Positions 39,759 through 56,018 of a DNA stretch of 64,000 nucleotides are shown here, piece after piece; position 1 is the stretch's first letter, and each line of letters starts with the position of its first letter. The stretch is from the human T2T-CHM13v2.0 reference genome, Homo sapiens. A model generated the notes under the pieces. That model made no database searches, had not been told where the DNA came from, and was given only the letters and a program-made list of their open reading frames with translations. A program made the position numbers and the translations under genes. The stretch lies in NCBI RefSeq assembly GCF_009914755.1, contig NC_060935.1; one strand, given 5' to 3'.

Positions 39759-42451
39759 TTGTTTACCTTCTCGTAAGACCTGTCTCATTTATTTAGTAGG
39801 AATAGTAAAAATACCCAATTCCTAGAATTGTTAAGATAATTAAATTTTATATTGAATAAAGTATGGTTCCTGACATGTAGAACTCAACTAATATTAAGTA
39901 GTAGTAGTCACAGAGTGTGAATAGCAGAGTAGCCACAAAATCTTTTTTTTTAATGAGATTATGTCTTGGCTCTGTGTGTGTAAAACAATAAAATATAAAA
40001 TCTGGTAAACCAAACCTATAAATTAAAATGACTCATCAAAATTGTTTTTCTATCTCTACCTGAATATGTACATTAAATAAATCTGATGACATGCCATATT
40101 TTCTAGGACTGCAGGTAAGAATTTGCTCTTTGATCACTATATAAACAAAAAGCTACACTTGTTAATGAATGTAAGTACACAGTTTTGCAGATTTTGTGTG
40201 TTCCCAAGGAATGGTAAAGAATTACCTCAGCCCAAATGTTCATAGGCATTATTCCTGGGCTTTAGTTTCAATTCTCTTTCATTTGGCTTCAGTTCTCCTT
40301 CTCTTTTCATTATCTTTCATTATTTCATTTCCCTTTGGATTTGGTACACTTTATGGTAAGAAACCTACCTTTAACATTTGTTTATAGTCAAGATGCTTTC
40401 AGTTGCAGATGCCAGGAACTCAGCTCTCACTAAGAAAATGTGTCTGTTATCAGTCCTCATCTCCCAAAGTCCTGAGAATGAACATGTCACTGAGGACAGA
40501 CCAACCGCTGTAATCCATTTTTCTGACCACAGATATTACTTCAGCAATTGTTTCTTATTATTCAGTAAGCAGAAATGCACTTCATCTTTTCCCCAAAGTA
40601 GGCTACCCAAAATCACATCCAGGAACTGTATTGTAAAATACTCTCATTGAACCACTTGTCCATGGGCCAGAATCTCTGGTCACACTCACACCTACTCTTT
40701 TTATTAATAATATTTTCAATACAAACATGTAACAATATATTTAACCATAAGAAAGCAAAAGTACATTTGGCAAGTAAAATTGTTGGCTCATCTCTCTTAA
40801 GTTTTCCAAGAAAAAATCTGCTCTCAGGTAGAGCTGTTTCCAGGGGCTTGACCACGATAATCAGAGGCCTCTGTCCATCTGTCAGCTCTGTGTGGTTTGG
40901 CATGACTTCAGTCTGCAAGTATAAACTCTCCATAAGATAGGTAAGAGAGCTCTAACAGAGGCAAAAATGCAGAATATCACATCTCTTTGTCATTTGTCAC
41001 TCATATATATCCTACAGCCCATATGTTAAACATTAAGTGTATGGTACTCACTGTATGCTATGCTATGTAGAATAGAAAAAATACCTTGTCAAATCCACAA
41101 GAGAATTAAACTAAGTTATTCCCAAGATATCTTATTCTAAAGTGATATCATGATAACAAGATGAATTTAAGATATATCTTTAATTTTGTGGTGATCTCCT
41201 TTCAATATTCAGCAATCTCTTGTCAAAATGAAAAATTTAATGATCTACATTCAATATGTAATGGTAGAAGATCAGGAGGGAAGATGAGTAACATAAGGCA
41301 TTTACAATTTTTAACATAAATCATATTCTTTGGGCCAGGTTCAATACGTATTTCCTTCCCAGATAGTGAAGGTCCTCCTATTATGTTACTCACTATAGAT
41401 AACTGAGGTCCTGTCTTCTTGGTTATGGTCCTCAGTATACCGATTTGAGATAAGTGAAGGGGCAGAGTTCTCTTCAGAGAGCTATTCAGACTCTTCTATC
41501 TAATTGCCTAAATGTCCTATTATGGGTATTTAGAGGATGCTTTCAGGACAGCATTCATAATGACTCATTAACAAGTCTTACTCTGGTCATGTATTTCCTA
41601 ACAACCACAGAAAGACTCTGGCCAGTTTTGGTTTTGCCTATGTCAGAGGTTGTAATGGAATTGAGAGACTGAATAAAGTCACAAAACTTGAATTTGGACA
41701 CTGGTGATACGATTTATCATCCTTTAGAAACAACTCTTCAAGTGCTGCACATGTTCAAAGCCTCTCAGTCTAATAGATTCTGTCTGACTGTGGGATAAAG
41801 CAGGAACACGGACATAGTATTTTCTCAACTTTAATAAAGTAATTCAGTTTGGGAATTAGATTTATAGCAATTATTTTGTTAATCTCAAGTACCAGTCTTA
41901 TATACTTCTGTTTACCATCATCACTCTGAATTCTGCTTAAAATACAGATTTTCAGGTCTGTGATTATCTAATTATCTTTAAAAATAAATTTCAGCAATTT
42001 TAGTTTTTAATTATAAGCCATAACGTGTCATTTTGCAAAAACTCCATTACATTTCCTCCTTCTCTTCTTTAGAATGGGCGAGTGTAAAAGAAGCCTGAAA
42101 CTGCTTTGGAACATCTAACTGAAGGTGAAAAAGAGATAGCCAAGAGTTCAGGACAAATTTATTAACAAGACATCGAAATCTTCATATTCTGTGAATGTGT
42201 AGTCCAAATTATGATAATAATGTTTCAGAAATAGGAACTGCAAACCCTAACTCATTCTGTAACTTACGATTCATCATTTGTAACTCCCCACTTCTAAGTA
42301 GCACTGTTTATGATGGACAGAATTGAGTGCCAGTTAGAAGATATTAATCAAACTAACTTAAACAAAAGACAATGCATTTTGATGCAATTAAAGTCAAACC
42401 TAAGTGTAGAATACCTTTAGGCAAAGCGTTTCAAATTGTTATCACATTGTT

Positions 42452-42484
<33 letters not shown>

Positions 42485-42503
42485 AACACACACACACACA
42501 CAC
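42452..42503. repeat. (CT)n(CA)n compound microsatellite
   Basis: Directly visible. Confidence 0.95.
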
Positions 42504-43215
42504 CACAACCTATATAACAAGGAAGGGGGGATCAAGTAATCGATAGTTCTAGTAAAACCCCATAGATTAGAAGAGGGGTAGATATTCACAGTGGTATGTT
42601 ATCAGACAAAAGCAATATGTGTTAACTAGAGCTACTCTGCAAGATACTGCCTTAGATACTTAGCACGAGTTAGAGGGGTTAAAGGGGTGATTAGCCAATA
42701 GAAAAATAGGTATGACACATTCTTTCTTGAAGGCATATAAAAGCTGATAATTTAGTTAGTAAAATAAGAGATATTCACAAATAACTATAATACAAAGTAA
42801 AATATAGTAAGGCTATTATAGAATATTTGTGGCAGCCTTTGAAGAGTAGTGGGTGGCTAATGTTGTTCCTGGTTCCTTCTGCTTCAAGGCTATTTCTGTA
42901 GTATCTTCTGTATTGATTTCCTCTTTTATACATTTTATTTCCTTTTGTGTATCTCTCACTGCTAGCTAGCCCTGTAATTCTTTTATTCTTTTATTCCTTG
43001 AAAGACCACAAACACAGGGAGGCAACATTTTACTGAAAAAATAGAGCAATCAATTTGCATATTTACAGTACAGGACAACACTTTGCACATTTAAAATGAA
43101 ATATTGTCTTTTTAAAATCCTTTGTCCAGCTCCTACCACTGGTCTTTGAAATTCCATCATTTCTTCTATTATGAGATTGTGAAAATAGTTAAATACACCC
43201 CTTTTAATATTACTC

Positions 43216-43787
43216 TGTGTCAATCATAGTTTGGTCAGAGAGGCAGAGTTCTTACAATTGTTATAGGAATAAGAGATTTCTTATAGTTAATTAGACTTTA
43301 CACAAATATAGAAGAATCTGGGGGAACTGAAGGAATGAAAGGAATGTTACAAAATCAGAAAAAGAGTGAATTACTAGCTCACAGGAAATAAACCGAGACC
43401 TTGCAGGGAAATTTTGACAAGCAAATATGTCAGATCACTGAAGTGAGAAATTGTGAAATGGGAGCTTGAGGAACTGTCTGTTGGGAACTGTTACCTCTAT
43501 AAAGTTAAAACATGTGTGCTCCGCACAGAGACAAAAGTTGAGAAGATAAGCTCAATGAAGACAGAGAAAAGCGGATGAGCTGAGACCATTTGGATAAATC
43601 TGTGTCTCTCTAACTACATAACTTATCATTACAACCATTTGGTAATAGTGGCTGCTTCTTACTTTTACCATCACATTACACTCAAGTTCCTTTGTGGCCA
43701 ACTCTACCCCAGAGGCTTAAATGGAAGGGGATTATGGGAATGTAGTTACCAGCTTCAAATATATGTTGACTAACACAATCAACTACT
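43216..43787 (-). mobile_element. Old ERVL-class LTR (probable 3' LTR of the adjacent ERV-L relic)
   Basis: Ends GGGATTATGGGAATGTAGTTACCAGC...CACAATCAACTACT followed by GTCTACCATTTCTGAATTTG, resembling the ERV-L PPT-side junction. Confidence 0.5.
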
Positions 43788-44162
43788 GTCTACCATTTCT
43801 GAATTTGTCATTCATACATGCCTCATTTGATAGTCTTATTTAACATCCAAATGAAGAAATAGAAAAAACATGTATTAACCTAATAAAACATTAGGTCAAA
43901 TAAATAAATACATATCAACTTTCTCCCAAAGAGAATATATGATGACGTATGTTACTTTAGCCATAATAGGGTAATGTTTATTTTTCCTCAAGCTGATTCA
44001 ACCTGTCTTTGATATGTGGTAAATTAATACAGATAATATTAACATGTAACAGCAGTGAGAAGGGAAAATAATATACACATGTATACAAATATATTAATAT
44101 TAATAAATACAGGAAAGACATACAAATAGTACTGTTTTTATTTCCATAACTAGTCATATTTT

Positions 44163-44760
44163 CATTAACTGGTCATTCTGTTATGTGTAACAAATTACCA
44201 CAAATTTCATGGCTTAGAAAACATCCATTTATTATCTCACGGTCTTATCATTGAGATACTAGGCTAGCATAACTGGGTTCTCCGTTCAAGGTCTCACAAG
44301 CTGAAATAATGATTGGAGCCAGCCTTCTCTCCCTTCTGATGCCTGGTGTCCTGTCCTAAGCTCATGTGGCTATTGGAAGTATTTGGTTTCATGTGGTTAT
44401 ATGACTGAGGTCTCTACTTTCTTGTCTCGTGGCTAAGGATCACTCTTAGCTCTTAGATTCCATCCACAGGTCTCATCACCTTGACCTTTTCACAATATTG
44501 CACCTTACTTCTTCAAAGTCAGAAGAGGAATCTCTCTCAAGGAAGACCCCAATCCCCCTTTTACAGGCTTTCTCTGATTGTCAGGTCTCTAGAATAACTC
44601 CCTTTAGATGAGCTCAAACACCTATAAAATTCAATCATCTTTGTATGTAATATAATCTAACTATGTCACTGAAATCCATCATATTCACAGTCTATCCCAC
44701 ACTCAAAGGGGACACCTGGGATTTGGACTACGAAACTATTTTAGAATTCTGCCAATCATA
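44163..44760 (-). mobile_element. MLT1E-like MaLR LTR
   Basis: GTGTAACAAATTACCACAAATTTCATGGCTTAGAAAACATCCATTTATTATCTCAC...CATATTCACAGTC...TTAGAATTCTGCC. Confidence 0.8.
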
Positions 44761-44812
44761 TATGGTCATAGTTTGGATTCCTAACTTCTGTCTTCAGTTC
44801 GCAACTATTTTA

Positions 44813-44828
44813 TACACACACATGCGTG

Positions 44829-44866
<38 letters not shown>

Positions 44867-44922
44867 TAGATATAGATATAGATGATATAGGTAGATATAG
44901 ATAGATAGATATACATATAGAT
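44813..44922. repeat. (CA)n + (TAGA/TAGATA)n microsatellites
   Basis: Directly visible. Confidence 0.9.
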
Positions 44923-44924
44923 AT

Positions 44925-45195
44925 AATCTCCCTTGCTAGTTGTGGCCTCTTTTCTGCTGGGGTGAACCAAACCTTCCTTATTGAAAGACCTAGTACATTT
45001 GTAGTTTTGCCTGCATTGGGTGGTGTAGTTTCAATTTAGCTTACACTGCAAGACATGAAAATGCTAAAAGGAACTGCAAAGGATTACTAGGATTCTAGAC
45101 ACTTAATGTGTTTCTCTGTTATGCAATAATAGTTCCCCCTTGATTTTCAAGATTAATTACCCCAAGCAGTAAAGTAGTCCCTTTCTTTTTATGTT
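44925..45195 (-). pseudogene. ERV-L internal relic, dUTPase/3' pol region
   Basis: Minus-strand translation KKGTTLLLGVINLENQG-ELLLHN resembles ERV-L KKGVTVLAGVIDPDYQGEIGLLLHN; ...GAAGGTTTGGTTCACCCCAGCAG follows. Confidence 0.75.
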
Positions 45196-45199
45196 AGTT

Positions 45200-46035
45200 T
45201 AATGGCATATAAAAGGATGCTTTTTGTGTTTTAGTAAAACAAAGTAAAAAGAACACTCTCGTACAGTCCATGGTTGCCATGCAAGCTGCTCCCCTACTTG
45301 AGCCACATGACTCAGCCGGTCTAATGTTGTCAAAGATAGCAATGCTCTGTGGAACTTTTGCCAGACTGAAGTAAATGACGAGCAGTGTAGACCTCTGAAA
45401 TTCCTGAACAAGGTGATTCCACCCTTTGCAGCAAAGTATTCTCTTTAACAACAAATGTTGGCTTGCTACTGGGCCTTGGTAAGGACTAAGTGTTTGGCCA
45501 TAGGTTGCAAAGTTTTGATGTAACATGAGCTGCTCATCATAAACTGGACATAATCTAGCTTCCCAGGCAATAAAGTTGGGTATACAAAGCATCATCCTGT
45601 CATCAAATGGAAACGATATATACAATATCTGGCTTCAGCAGGTCCTCAAGGTACACATAAGTTGCATGAGCAAGTGACTCCAATTCATATGTACACTTTT
45701 TCTGCAATATCCCTGCCTCTGTCTCAGTCCACATCTGTGGTCTCCTGAGGTTTTCGCTATGAACAGTTGATAGAGGAACAAAAAATTGGGTCTGGTTTAC
45801 AGAGAATACTGAACAATATTCTGCCATTACCTGGAAGTGGACAGCAGTATCATTACAACTTTGCTCAGCGTTTGCATTACAGTCTTGAAAATGAATCATC
45901 CCAGTGGACAGAATTTAAAGCAGTGTCCACAGTCAAGGACTTGGAAGGAACACAATTGAAAACTGGCTCTGAGTAGTTCTTGGGAAAAGATGGATGGATA
46001 GCCTTCTTAGAATGACAACAAAGTGTGAATATATA
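45200..46035 (+). pseudogene. ERV-L pol relic (RT connection/RNase H)
   Basis: Plus-strand translation RPLKFLNKVIPPFAAKYSL*QQMLACYWALV...HELLIINW...VIKWKRYIQYLASAGPQGTHKLHEQV, then WFTE...WKWTAVSLQ and SSQWTEFKAV, matching ERV-L pol motifs. Confidence 0.85.
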
Positions 46036-48829
46036 TATACACACACACACATATGTATATGTCTCCATATATATTTATGTATAAATTTATATTATATTTA
46101 TGTTTATGTATATAAATGTCTCCATTTGTGTCTATCTCTATCTACATCTGATCATCTACCTATATCTATGTTTCCACCCCTTTAGCCTGAGAGGAATATT
46201 GTTTGGTTGTACATATAGAAGCAATGAAAGATAACGAAGAGTTTAAAGAGAACTAGCATCCCTTGTAAAGCAGCTGCCTCATGAATGCTCATTTTCCTTT
46301 CTGCAGGCAAGTGGAAATTTACCTACTCAAATAGGAAAGGGGAGCTGTTTCTAGAGCCAAAAAAATTTCAGGAAAAATTAAAAATTTAAAATTTTCATCT
46401 TTAGAGGAATCTGCCTATGTGCTCTTAACCCAGTTTTAAAATTCTATTCCTTCTCAATCATCGCCCTATGACATAAGAGAAAGTGAAATGCTGTGAATCT
46501 AATTTGCTTCATAATTAAGCTAGTGAAATGCATTCTTATATAACCTCAGAACTGTCAATCCCCAGGACTGGTGACTGTCCACTGTCATTCCCAGCCCTGT
46601 CCAAACCTCTGAGCCATGGTTAAAGCAAGAGAGCGGAAGTTAGGCCCCTGCTTGCTGTAACTGTATCAACACCAGGAAAACTGAAAATTCACCAGAATAT
46701 AAGCTTTCAACATGCCAAACCCACATGGTATGGTTCCAGGCTTGAATGTATGACCAATATGCTATACTATTCCTCTTATAAATAAAAGAAAGGTAAAAAA
46801 ATAAAAAAAAGATTGATATTCTAAGTTTTAAAATATAAAATATTGAATGTTCATTATACGTGGTTCTCAATCTTGTTTGGGGAAAAACTATAGAAAAAAA
46901 ACTTATCAAAATGCCTTAAGGCTTTTTCAAACTCTATACAAGTTCCTGAGGCTTTCATCCCTTTTACTCAGTCTTCCCCCAACCCCTAACACTCATACAC
47001 AAAATAAATGCTATGTATTTTCTAAAATTGAGTGTTTAATAAATTGACATTGTGGAAAATACAAGAAATATTTTAGTTCAGCATATATAGAATGGCCTAA
47101 GCAGAGAAGACACCTTGAAGTCAAAGATAATATGCAAAATTTCCTAAAATGTTTTTAAATTCACATATAGTGTTCAAATTAAAACACACAATCATTTTTC
47201 TGTATATTACTCATTTTGTGTACACATGTATGGTAATTCACAAATACCAGTTTTGCTTATATAAATAATCAAATTTCCATCTACTTTTGTGGTGTTTTCA
47301 CATCTCAGACAAGCATATCTTGATATATGTGTGAAAGAAGCTAAAGTGCTTTTTAAATTTAGTACATCTTTGTGTATTTTGTGTATTATTTAAATAATTA
47401 CCTTGAAATTAATTAATGCCTAAGACCTTTATGAAAAATAATAAAATTATGCATACAATTTGAAAAAGTCTCCAAAATTACTAAAACATGAATGATTCCA
47501 GTACCTGGTAAGAATATATATCAGTTTTTATATTGTTTCTAATTTTCTTTATCTGAAGAGATGACTAAAAAGGCACAGCGTAGTACTAACTGATGGAATG
47601 TTCCTGCACTGTAAGGATGACTACCTGCTAAAACCTGAATGGGAACCTCAGATTCTAATAAATAAATGCCAATAGAAACAATGCTTTGGATTGACTCAAT
47701 GTGACAACATTATTGCATTGTACTTTTTTAAAACTTTAGATTTGATTAGAAGTGGAACATAAAGTGAGGTTTTAAATCATAAATACCAGTGAGACTAGAG
47801 GCAAACTACCAATTTTTCCCACTACATGTACTTAAAAGCTGGATATTTTCCCCTCGTGTTCCCAAACATTTGTAAGTGATTTTCCTGGTAAAATTATAAC
47901 TATGAGAACTGTTTTTTTGTGTGAATGAGATGACAGAATAAATGATATTGTTTCCCAATTTTCGTCAGGCAAATTTATGAGATATATAATGTCAAAATAA
48001 ATATTCACGGAAAAAAACGCAAGGTTTTACAAAAATGAATCCTAATCGTGTATTTTTTCTTCTGCAGTGAAGTTTTCCACACTACTCTAGAAAAAGACTA
48101 ACAGCTTTGCTTAGTGCTTTTTTCTCTATTTCATACAGGCCTTCTGAAATTTATCTATGCCATCAAATGAAAACAATAAAAGCAAAAGAATCACACAACT
48201 GTATAGATTATGGTTCCAACCTGATTTCAAGTTGAATACTCTACATAGAAAAATGTCAAATGGGTCTAGAGAAACCATATGGACAGCATTAATCAGGGAC
48301 CTTTTCTTATTGACTGATTTTCATAGCCTTTCTTATTAGCAGACTCAAATTTTGTTGCATGCTGCATCCCTAGGGAATTTTTCTATTCTTTCTCATCTTC
48401 TGTTTTTGTAGGAAGATATTTTTAAACTTACACCTTTTCTTCTTAATTCCACTCCCATTAGCTGCTGCACACAGCTTGCTCAAATGCAAACATTTTCCTT
48501 TGTAAAAAGATATTTCACTTCCAGTCCTAAGTTAATGATTCATCCAAGTCAGGTCCTTTTTATGTATGAATGGTACTTAGTCTTGTGAATAATTAGAGAA
48601 CATTTTAATGAGGAAACATAACAAGATGATAATAAATGGATTATTTATGTTCAAGTTTACAATTTCTTAAAATCTATGTTGACACAAGAATGGTATGTTT
48701 GAACGTTTTAAAAAAATAGAATTCAATACCGATCTGTTTCAAGGCATTGTGATGAGCAGAGCTAAGATGTTGGGATTAAATGCTGCATGCTAACAACTCA
48801 GTAAGTATCTTTTAGATGTGGGAACACAT

Positions 48830-48945
48830 TTTATGCTCACAACAAAACTTTGTAGAAAGAATTATCATTGTAAGCTTATAGATAAGAAAATTGGCTCAGA
48901 AAGATTAAGAAATGTATTCGTGATCTTAACAGATGCCAGTTATTG
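48830..48945 (-). mobile_element. MIR fragment
   Basis: CTCACAACAAAACTTTGTAG...TTATAGATAAGAAAATTGGCTCAGAAAGATTAAG. Confidence 0.6.
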
Positions 48946-50155
48946 CATAGAAAATAAGGAGCTATAAATCTGTGTTATTGTTAGTATTTTCTAGTTGAAA
49001 ACAATTAGCTTTAACACAAAGGACAAAATTAGGGAATACAGAAAATATTTTAGGCAAACCTCTGATTGAGAAACATCATATTCTACTTATGTTCTAACTC
49101 ACTACAATAAAAATGTAAAGGGTTTTATTAGTTATGTTTCTCACCTAATCAAAAAGTGTGAACAAATAAATGCTTACAGAATAACAGCTATATGATCCTT
49201 CTAGCTGTGCCAGATATAATCTATGCCAAACAGCCAGCTAACTTTACCTTGCTAGGTTCGTCAGAGGCAAATAAGAAGTTACTACTTTCTGTCCCCTAAA
49301 AAGGTATTATAATACTACTTCAAAAGGGAGCCAAATATTTGCTATGACTTTTAGTCTAAAATCATATGTAGCTACAATTCAGGCTTTGTGACCATCGAGA
49401 ACTTAATCTACTTAGACTTGAAACAGACCAAACTTGTCGGTTTCTTGCACCTTGTAGCCAGGTGTCCAAGTGAGTTATATCTTGGCTTTCTAAAGGAGAA
49501 GGAATAATATCTATGTTTCTATTTACTTCAAAAGCTATAGAGGAGACTTGAATTTCAAATGGAGAATATTCACAAACATTTAAGGTCACAAAATCATATG
49601 TCCTACAAGTTATTTTTAAGCTCTTTTCCTGTATATGTAATTTTTCTCTCTAGATCCATGGCCTAATTGTTGTCCTTTCTCAATAAGACTCACCTCTCTT
49701 CAGGAGTAAAAACATCTTGGGGTGAGAAATCAATCTTATTATTTATGGTTTTTTTTTATATTTTCTTTCCTTGTCTAATGACTCTCAAAGTAGTGATCCA
49801 ATCAATATGAATAATTTCATTAAATATCTGAGCAAGTATTATGTGAATAATTCTTTGCTGAATATTATTGAAATAAAAAGATGAATGGCATAATTTTTTA
49901 AGTAATCTATAGTTTAGTAGAGTGTATAATTTTAAGATTTGTTTGTATGCAACAAGTATAGTAAGAGTCACAAAACAAAAGCTGCTCAAGTTAAAAAGTG
50001 CCTGCAATTGAGGTAATCGAGGAATGTGCTACTGAAGTGTTTGTGATGAGATTTGTAGAAAGGGTAGCATTTCTGCATGTGGAGACAATAAAGCAGATTT
50101 TAGAGTAAAGACAAAATGGGAACGAATATTGAGAAAACTGTTTCGTTTGACTGGT

Positions 50156-50889
50156 ATTACAAAATAAGAATTGGCTAGCCTTTGCCCTTGAGTCCTAGGG
50201 GAGGGTCTCTAAATATTAGGAATTTTCCAAGTAATTGAGGTGTCTGTGCCATTCATGGTGGTCCCCTCAGACCACACCTGAGTTTATGCTAACAAGGTTG
50301 CCCAGGATGGGAGCTAGTCATGCCAGAAAGACCGGTAAACTGATTAAAAGTTTGGGGATTTGAGCCACAGAATATCAGCCCAACCTCTGGGAGCTAAAGA
50401 ACTGGAGACTGAGCCATGTGAGTGATGATTAATCAATCATGCCTATGTAATGAAACTCCGATAAAAACTCTGAACACCTTAGGCCAAAGCAACAGTGAGC
50501 TTTCCTCCTTAATAATACTCTACTTGTCTTAAAACTAAGCAATGTGCTTTAAGGGTAATGTGTCCAGACTACATGGAAGCTTTGCACTTTGGGAACCTCC
50601 CAGACCTCCCTTATGTGTCTTGTCTTTTGGGTGATCTTAATTTTTATCCTTTTCGGTATAATAAAACTCTAATCCTAAATATATTATTTTGCTGAGTTCT
50701 GTGAGTCATTAATCCAAAGGAGGTGGTGGGGACCTCCAAATTTGTAGTAGTTGGTCAGTACTCCAGGTGGCCTGGGGACATCCAAGATTGTGATACGTTT
50801 CTTTAATGGGGGCAGTCTTGTGAAGCACTGTGCCCTCAAGTTGTGAAACTTAGTCTATCTCTGAGCAGTTCATGTCAGAATTGCATTAC
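50156..50889 (+). mobile_element. MER21C-like LTR inserted in L2-like sequence
   Basis: GACCACACCTGAGTTTATGCTAA, AATCAATCATGCCTATGTAATGAAACTCCGATAAAAACTCTG, GCTGAGTTCTGTGAGTC, TGTCAGAATTGCATT. Confidence 0.8.
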
Positions 50890-51208
50890 GGTGGGAGAAA
50901 AGTTATTTCTATATGGTTTATGCTCTAATATGCTTTGAAATATGATTGCAATAGTCTTATGTATTCAACATTATTTTTATTTATTCACTAGATAATAGAA
51001 AACCACTGATGGTTTTAGAATAAATTAATAATGTAAACAGGACCATGATTTAGGAATAATAACATCAGATGCCATATAGACTGGAACGGATGAGAGATAG
51101 AAGATACTGAAGGTAAGGCCAGGTACAGAATTCTTACTATAGCCATATAAAAAAAAATGTATAAATCTGGCATTGAAAATAGAAAGGATAAATAATTTGT
51201 CCTTGATA

Positions 51209-51349
51209 TTTACTTATTTACTTACTTATTTGTAGATATAAGGCCTCACCGCATTGGCCAGGCTGGTCTTGAACTCCTGGCCTCAAGCAATCCTCCCATC
51301 TTCACCTCCCAAATGCTAGGATTACAGACAAGAGCAACCACGTCTGGCC
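51209..51349 (-). mobile_element. FLAM_C-like Alu monomer
   Basis: Antisense left monomer; perfect 11-bp TSD TGTCCTTGATA (51198-51208, 51350-51360). Confidence 0.85.
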
Positions 51350-51525
51350 TGTCCTTGATAATTGATCAGACATGAAAGAAAAATGAGAAATCAAAGGAGA
51401 TGAAGGATTTTGAAACACTGTTTAGATGAATTAAAATAGGAATAGAAAATTCTAGAACCAGAAAATCCAGTTTATGGATTGATGTAGGGCTTATTAACTT
51501 GATCTGCTTCTACAGTTATTTTTAT

Positions 51526-54170
<2,645 letters not shown>

Positions 54171-55173
54171 TTAATTTTTTAAAAACCTAGAATTTAAAGA
54201 GTACTAAGGAAATATACTAATATCACAGCTGATTTTCATAATACAGAGGGGATGTGTTTTGACATATTCTTATAGAAGCAAATCTCTAAATGTCTTGGGG
54301 GAATACTTGTTATTTTGTTAATGTTTAGTTGGAAGTAAATAATAGACTATTGAGATCTTATCTAAATTGTTGTCTCCTAGTATTTGTCTTTCACATTCTG
54401 TGCTCTCTTTTTCACAACTAAATTACAAACTCATGTAACACTATGTGATCAATTCAGGACTAGTAAACTATTGATTAAAATAATGAATGAAGCAATCATG
54501 TCCCTCACAATTTTTTATTCACCATCAAGTAATATAATGCTAGTTTACTGAACACTGGGGAAGAAATAAACTAATGTTTGAAAAGTGAACTAGAAACCAC
54601 ATTCATGTTCAGCTTAAATAAATCTGATACTATAAGTCTAATGAATAGTGATTCTTTTGTACATACTGATATCAGTAAAATTATGCAATTACATACTGGG
54701 AAATTTCCTTGGACATGCCCCTGTTGAAGTTATTTTTTTTTCTTGGAAAATGTTGAAGCACTAATCATGAGGTGAAATCTGAATCTAGATGAAAACGAAC
54801 TAAATGTAAAGATTGTGTTCCTTATCTAAAATTTAAAAGTGCAATATTTACAATGTGTCCAGAGTGTATCTTCCTTTCTCACTAGCTAAGAAAGAGAAAA
54901 ATATAGAAGGAATGTAAGTTATTCCATATCATGATAGTGAGATAAAGAATATTTCACTACAGATGAGCAAAAGTGCATCCTACGCCAGGAAACCCAAATC
55001 TAGTTTATGAGTTTGAGGAAAGAAATAAAATCATTTTCTACATTTTAAAATGACCTAAATTAGTCCCAATAATTGATAATTGACAACATTAGTATTTCTA
55101 AAGTTGGTTTTTAAGACATTATTTCTTGAATTTCATTTTTATTTTCCACTCTTGCAATCAATAAAAAGTTTCA

Positions 55174-55237
55174 GTCGGGCATGATACGCTCACATCTGTA
55201 ATACCAGTACTTCAGGAGGCTGAGGCAGGCAGATCAA
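55174..55237 (+). mobile_element. Alu 5' fragment
   Basis: GTCGGGCATGATACGCTCACATCTGTAATACCAGTACTTCAGGAGGCTGAGGCAGGCAGATCA. Confidence 0.7.
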
Positions 55238-55368
55238 AAATATATAGTTTGAAATATATATGTATGTATATATTTTATACAGTATATAAAATATAATAAT
55301 ATAGCTGTATATAATATTGTTAATTATATATTTAATGTTTTAAATATACATAAAACTATATAACAATA

Positions 55369-56018
55369 TGAAAGGCCTAACCTTGTTTTTACTTTAACTC
55401 GTTACTTTGAATTTTGTCCTGCTTGTCTCTTTAATCACCTAGCCTTGCTTCTCATGTAAATAAGACTCTCTCTAGCTAGGAAAACCGGACAAACTCCAAC
55501 TGACCCCTTAATTTACAAGACACTAAGGGCTCCTCACCCAATCCCCTTTCGTAAGGAGTTGGCCTGGGTAAACAGATCCTCAGCATTTTAAAGGAGCCCA
55601 ATTAACTGATAAGGTACTAGCACCAACAATATATGAAGTTCCCAGGAATTTTCCTCCAAGAGATAACAACATAAAACCTTGAGTTTGTGTCCGGCATAGA
55701 CCCTATATCTAATTATAATGAAAGATTTAGAACCTTGCACCTGGTACCGTTGCTCTTCTTGTAACCATTTGTCTTTTAAGTTGTTTATCACTCTGTAACC
55801 ATTTTGATTTTTTTGATTCTTGCATGTTTTTACTTCTGTAGAATTATTACATTTGAGTCCCCCTCCCCTTCCTAAACCTAGGTATAAAAGTTAATCGAGC
55901 CCCTTCCTCATGGCCGAGAGAATTTTGAGCGTTAGCCATCTCTTTGGCCGCCGGCTTAATAAAGGACTCTTAATTCATCTCAAAGTGTGGCATTCTCACT
56001 AACTCGCCTGGGTACAAC
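55369..56018 (+). mobile_element. ERV1-class solo LTR (gamma-like; subfamily unresolved)
   Basis: TG start, TATAAAAG at 55883, AATAAA at 55958, U5-like end GACTCTTAATTCATCTCAAAGTGTGGC...CTCGCCTGGGTACAAC; CpGs retained. Confidence 0.75.

Noticed and set aside
46640-46909. Possible coding exon in unique sequence
   Set aside because: No recognisable domain and no convincing paired splice sites
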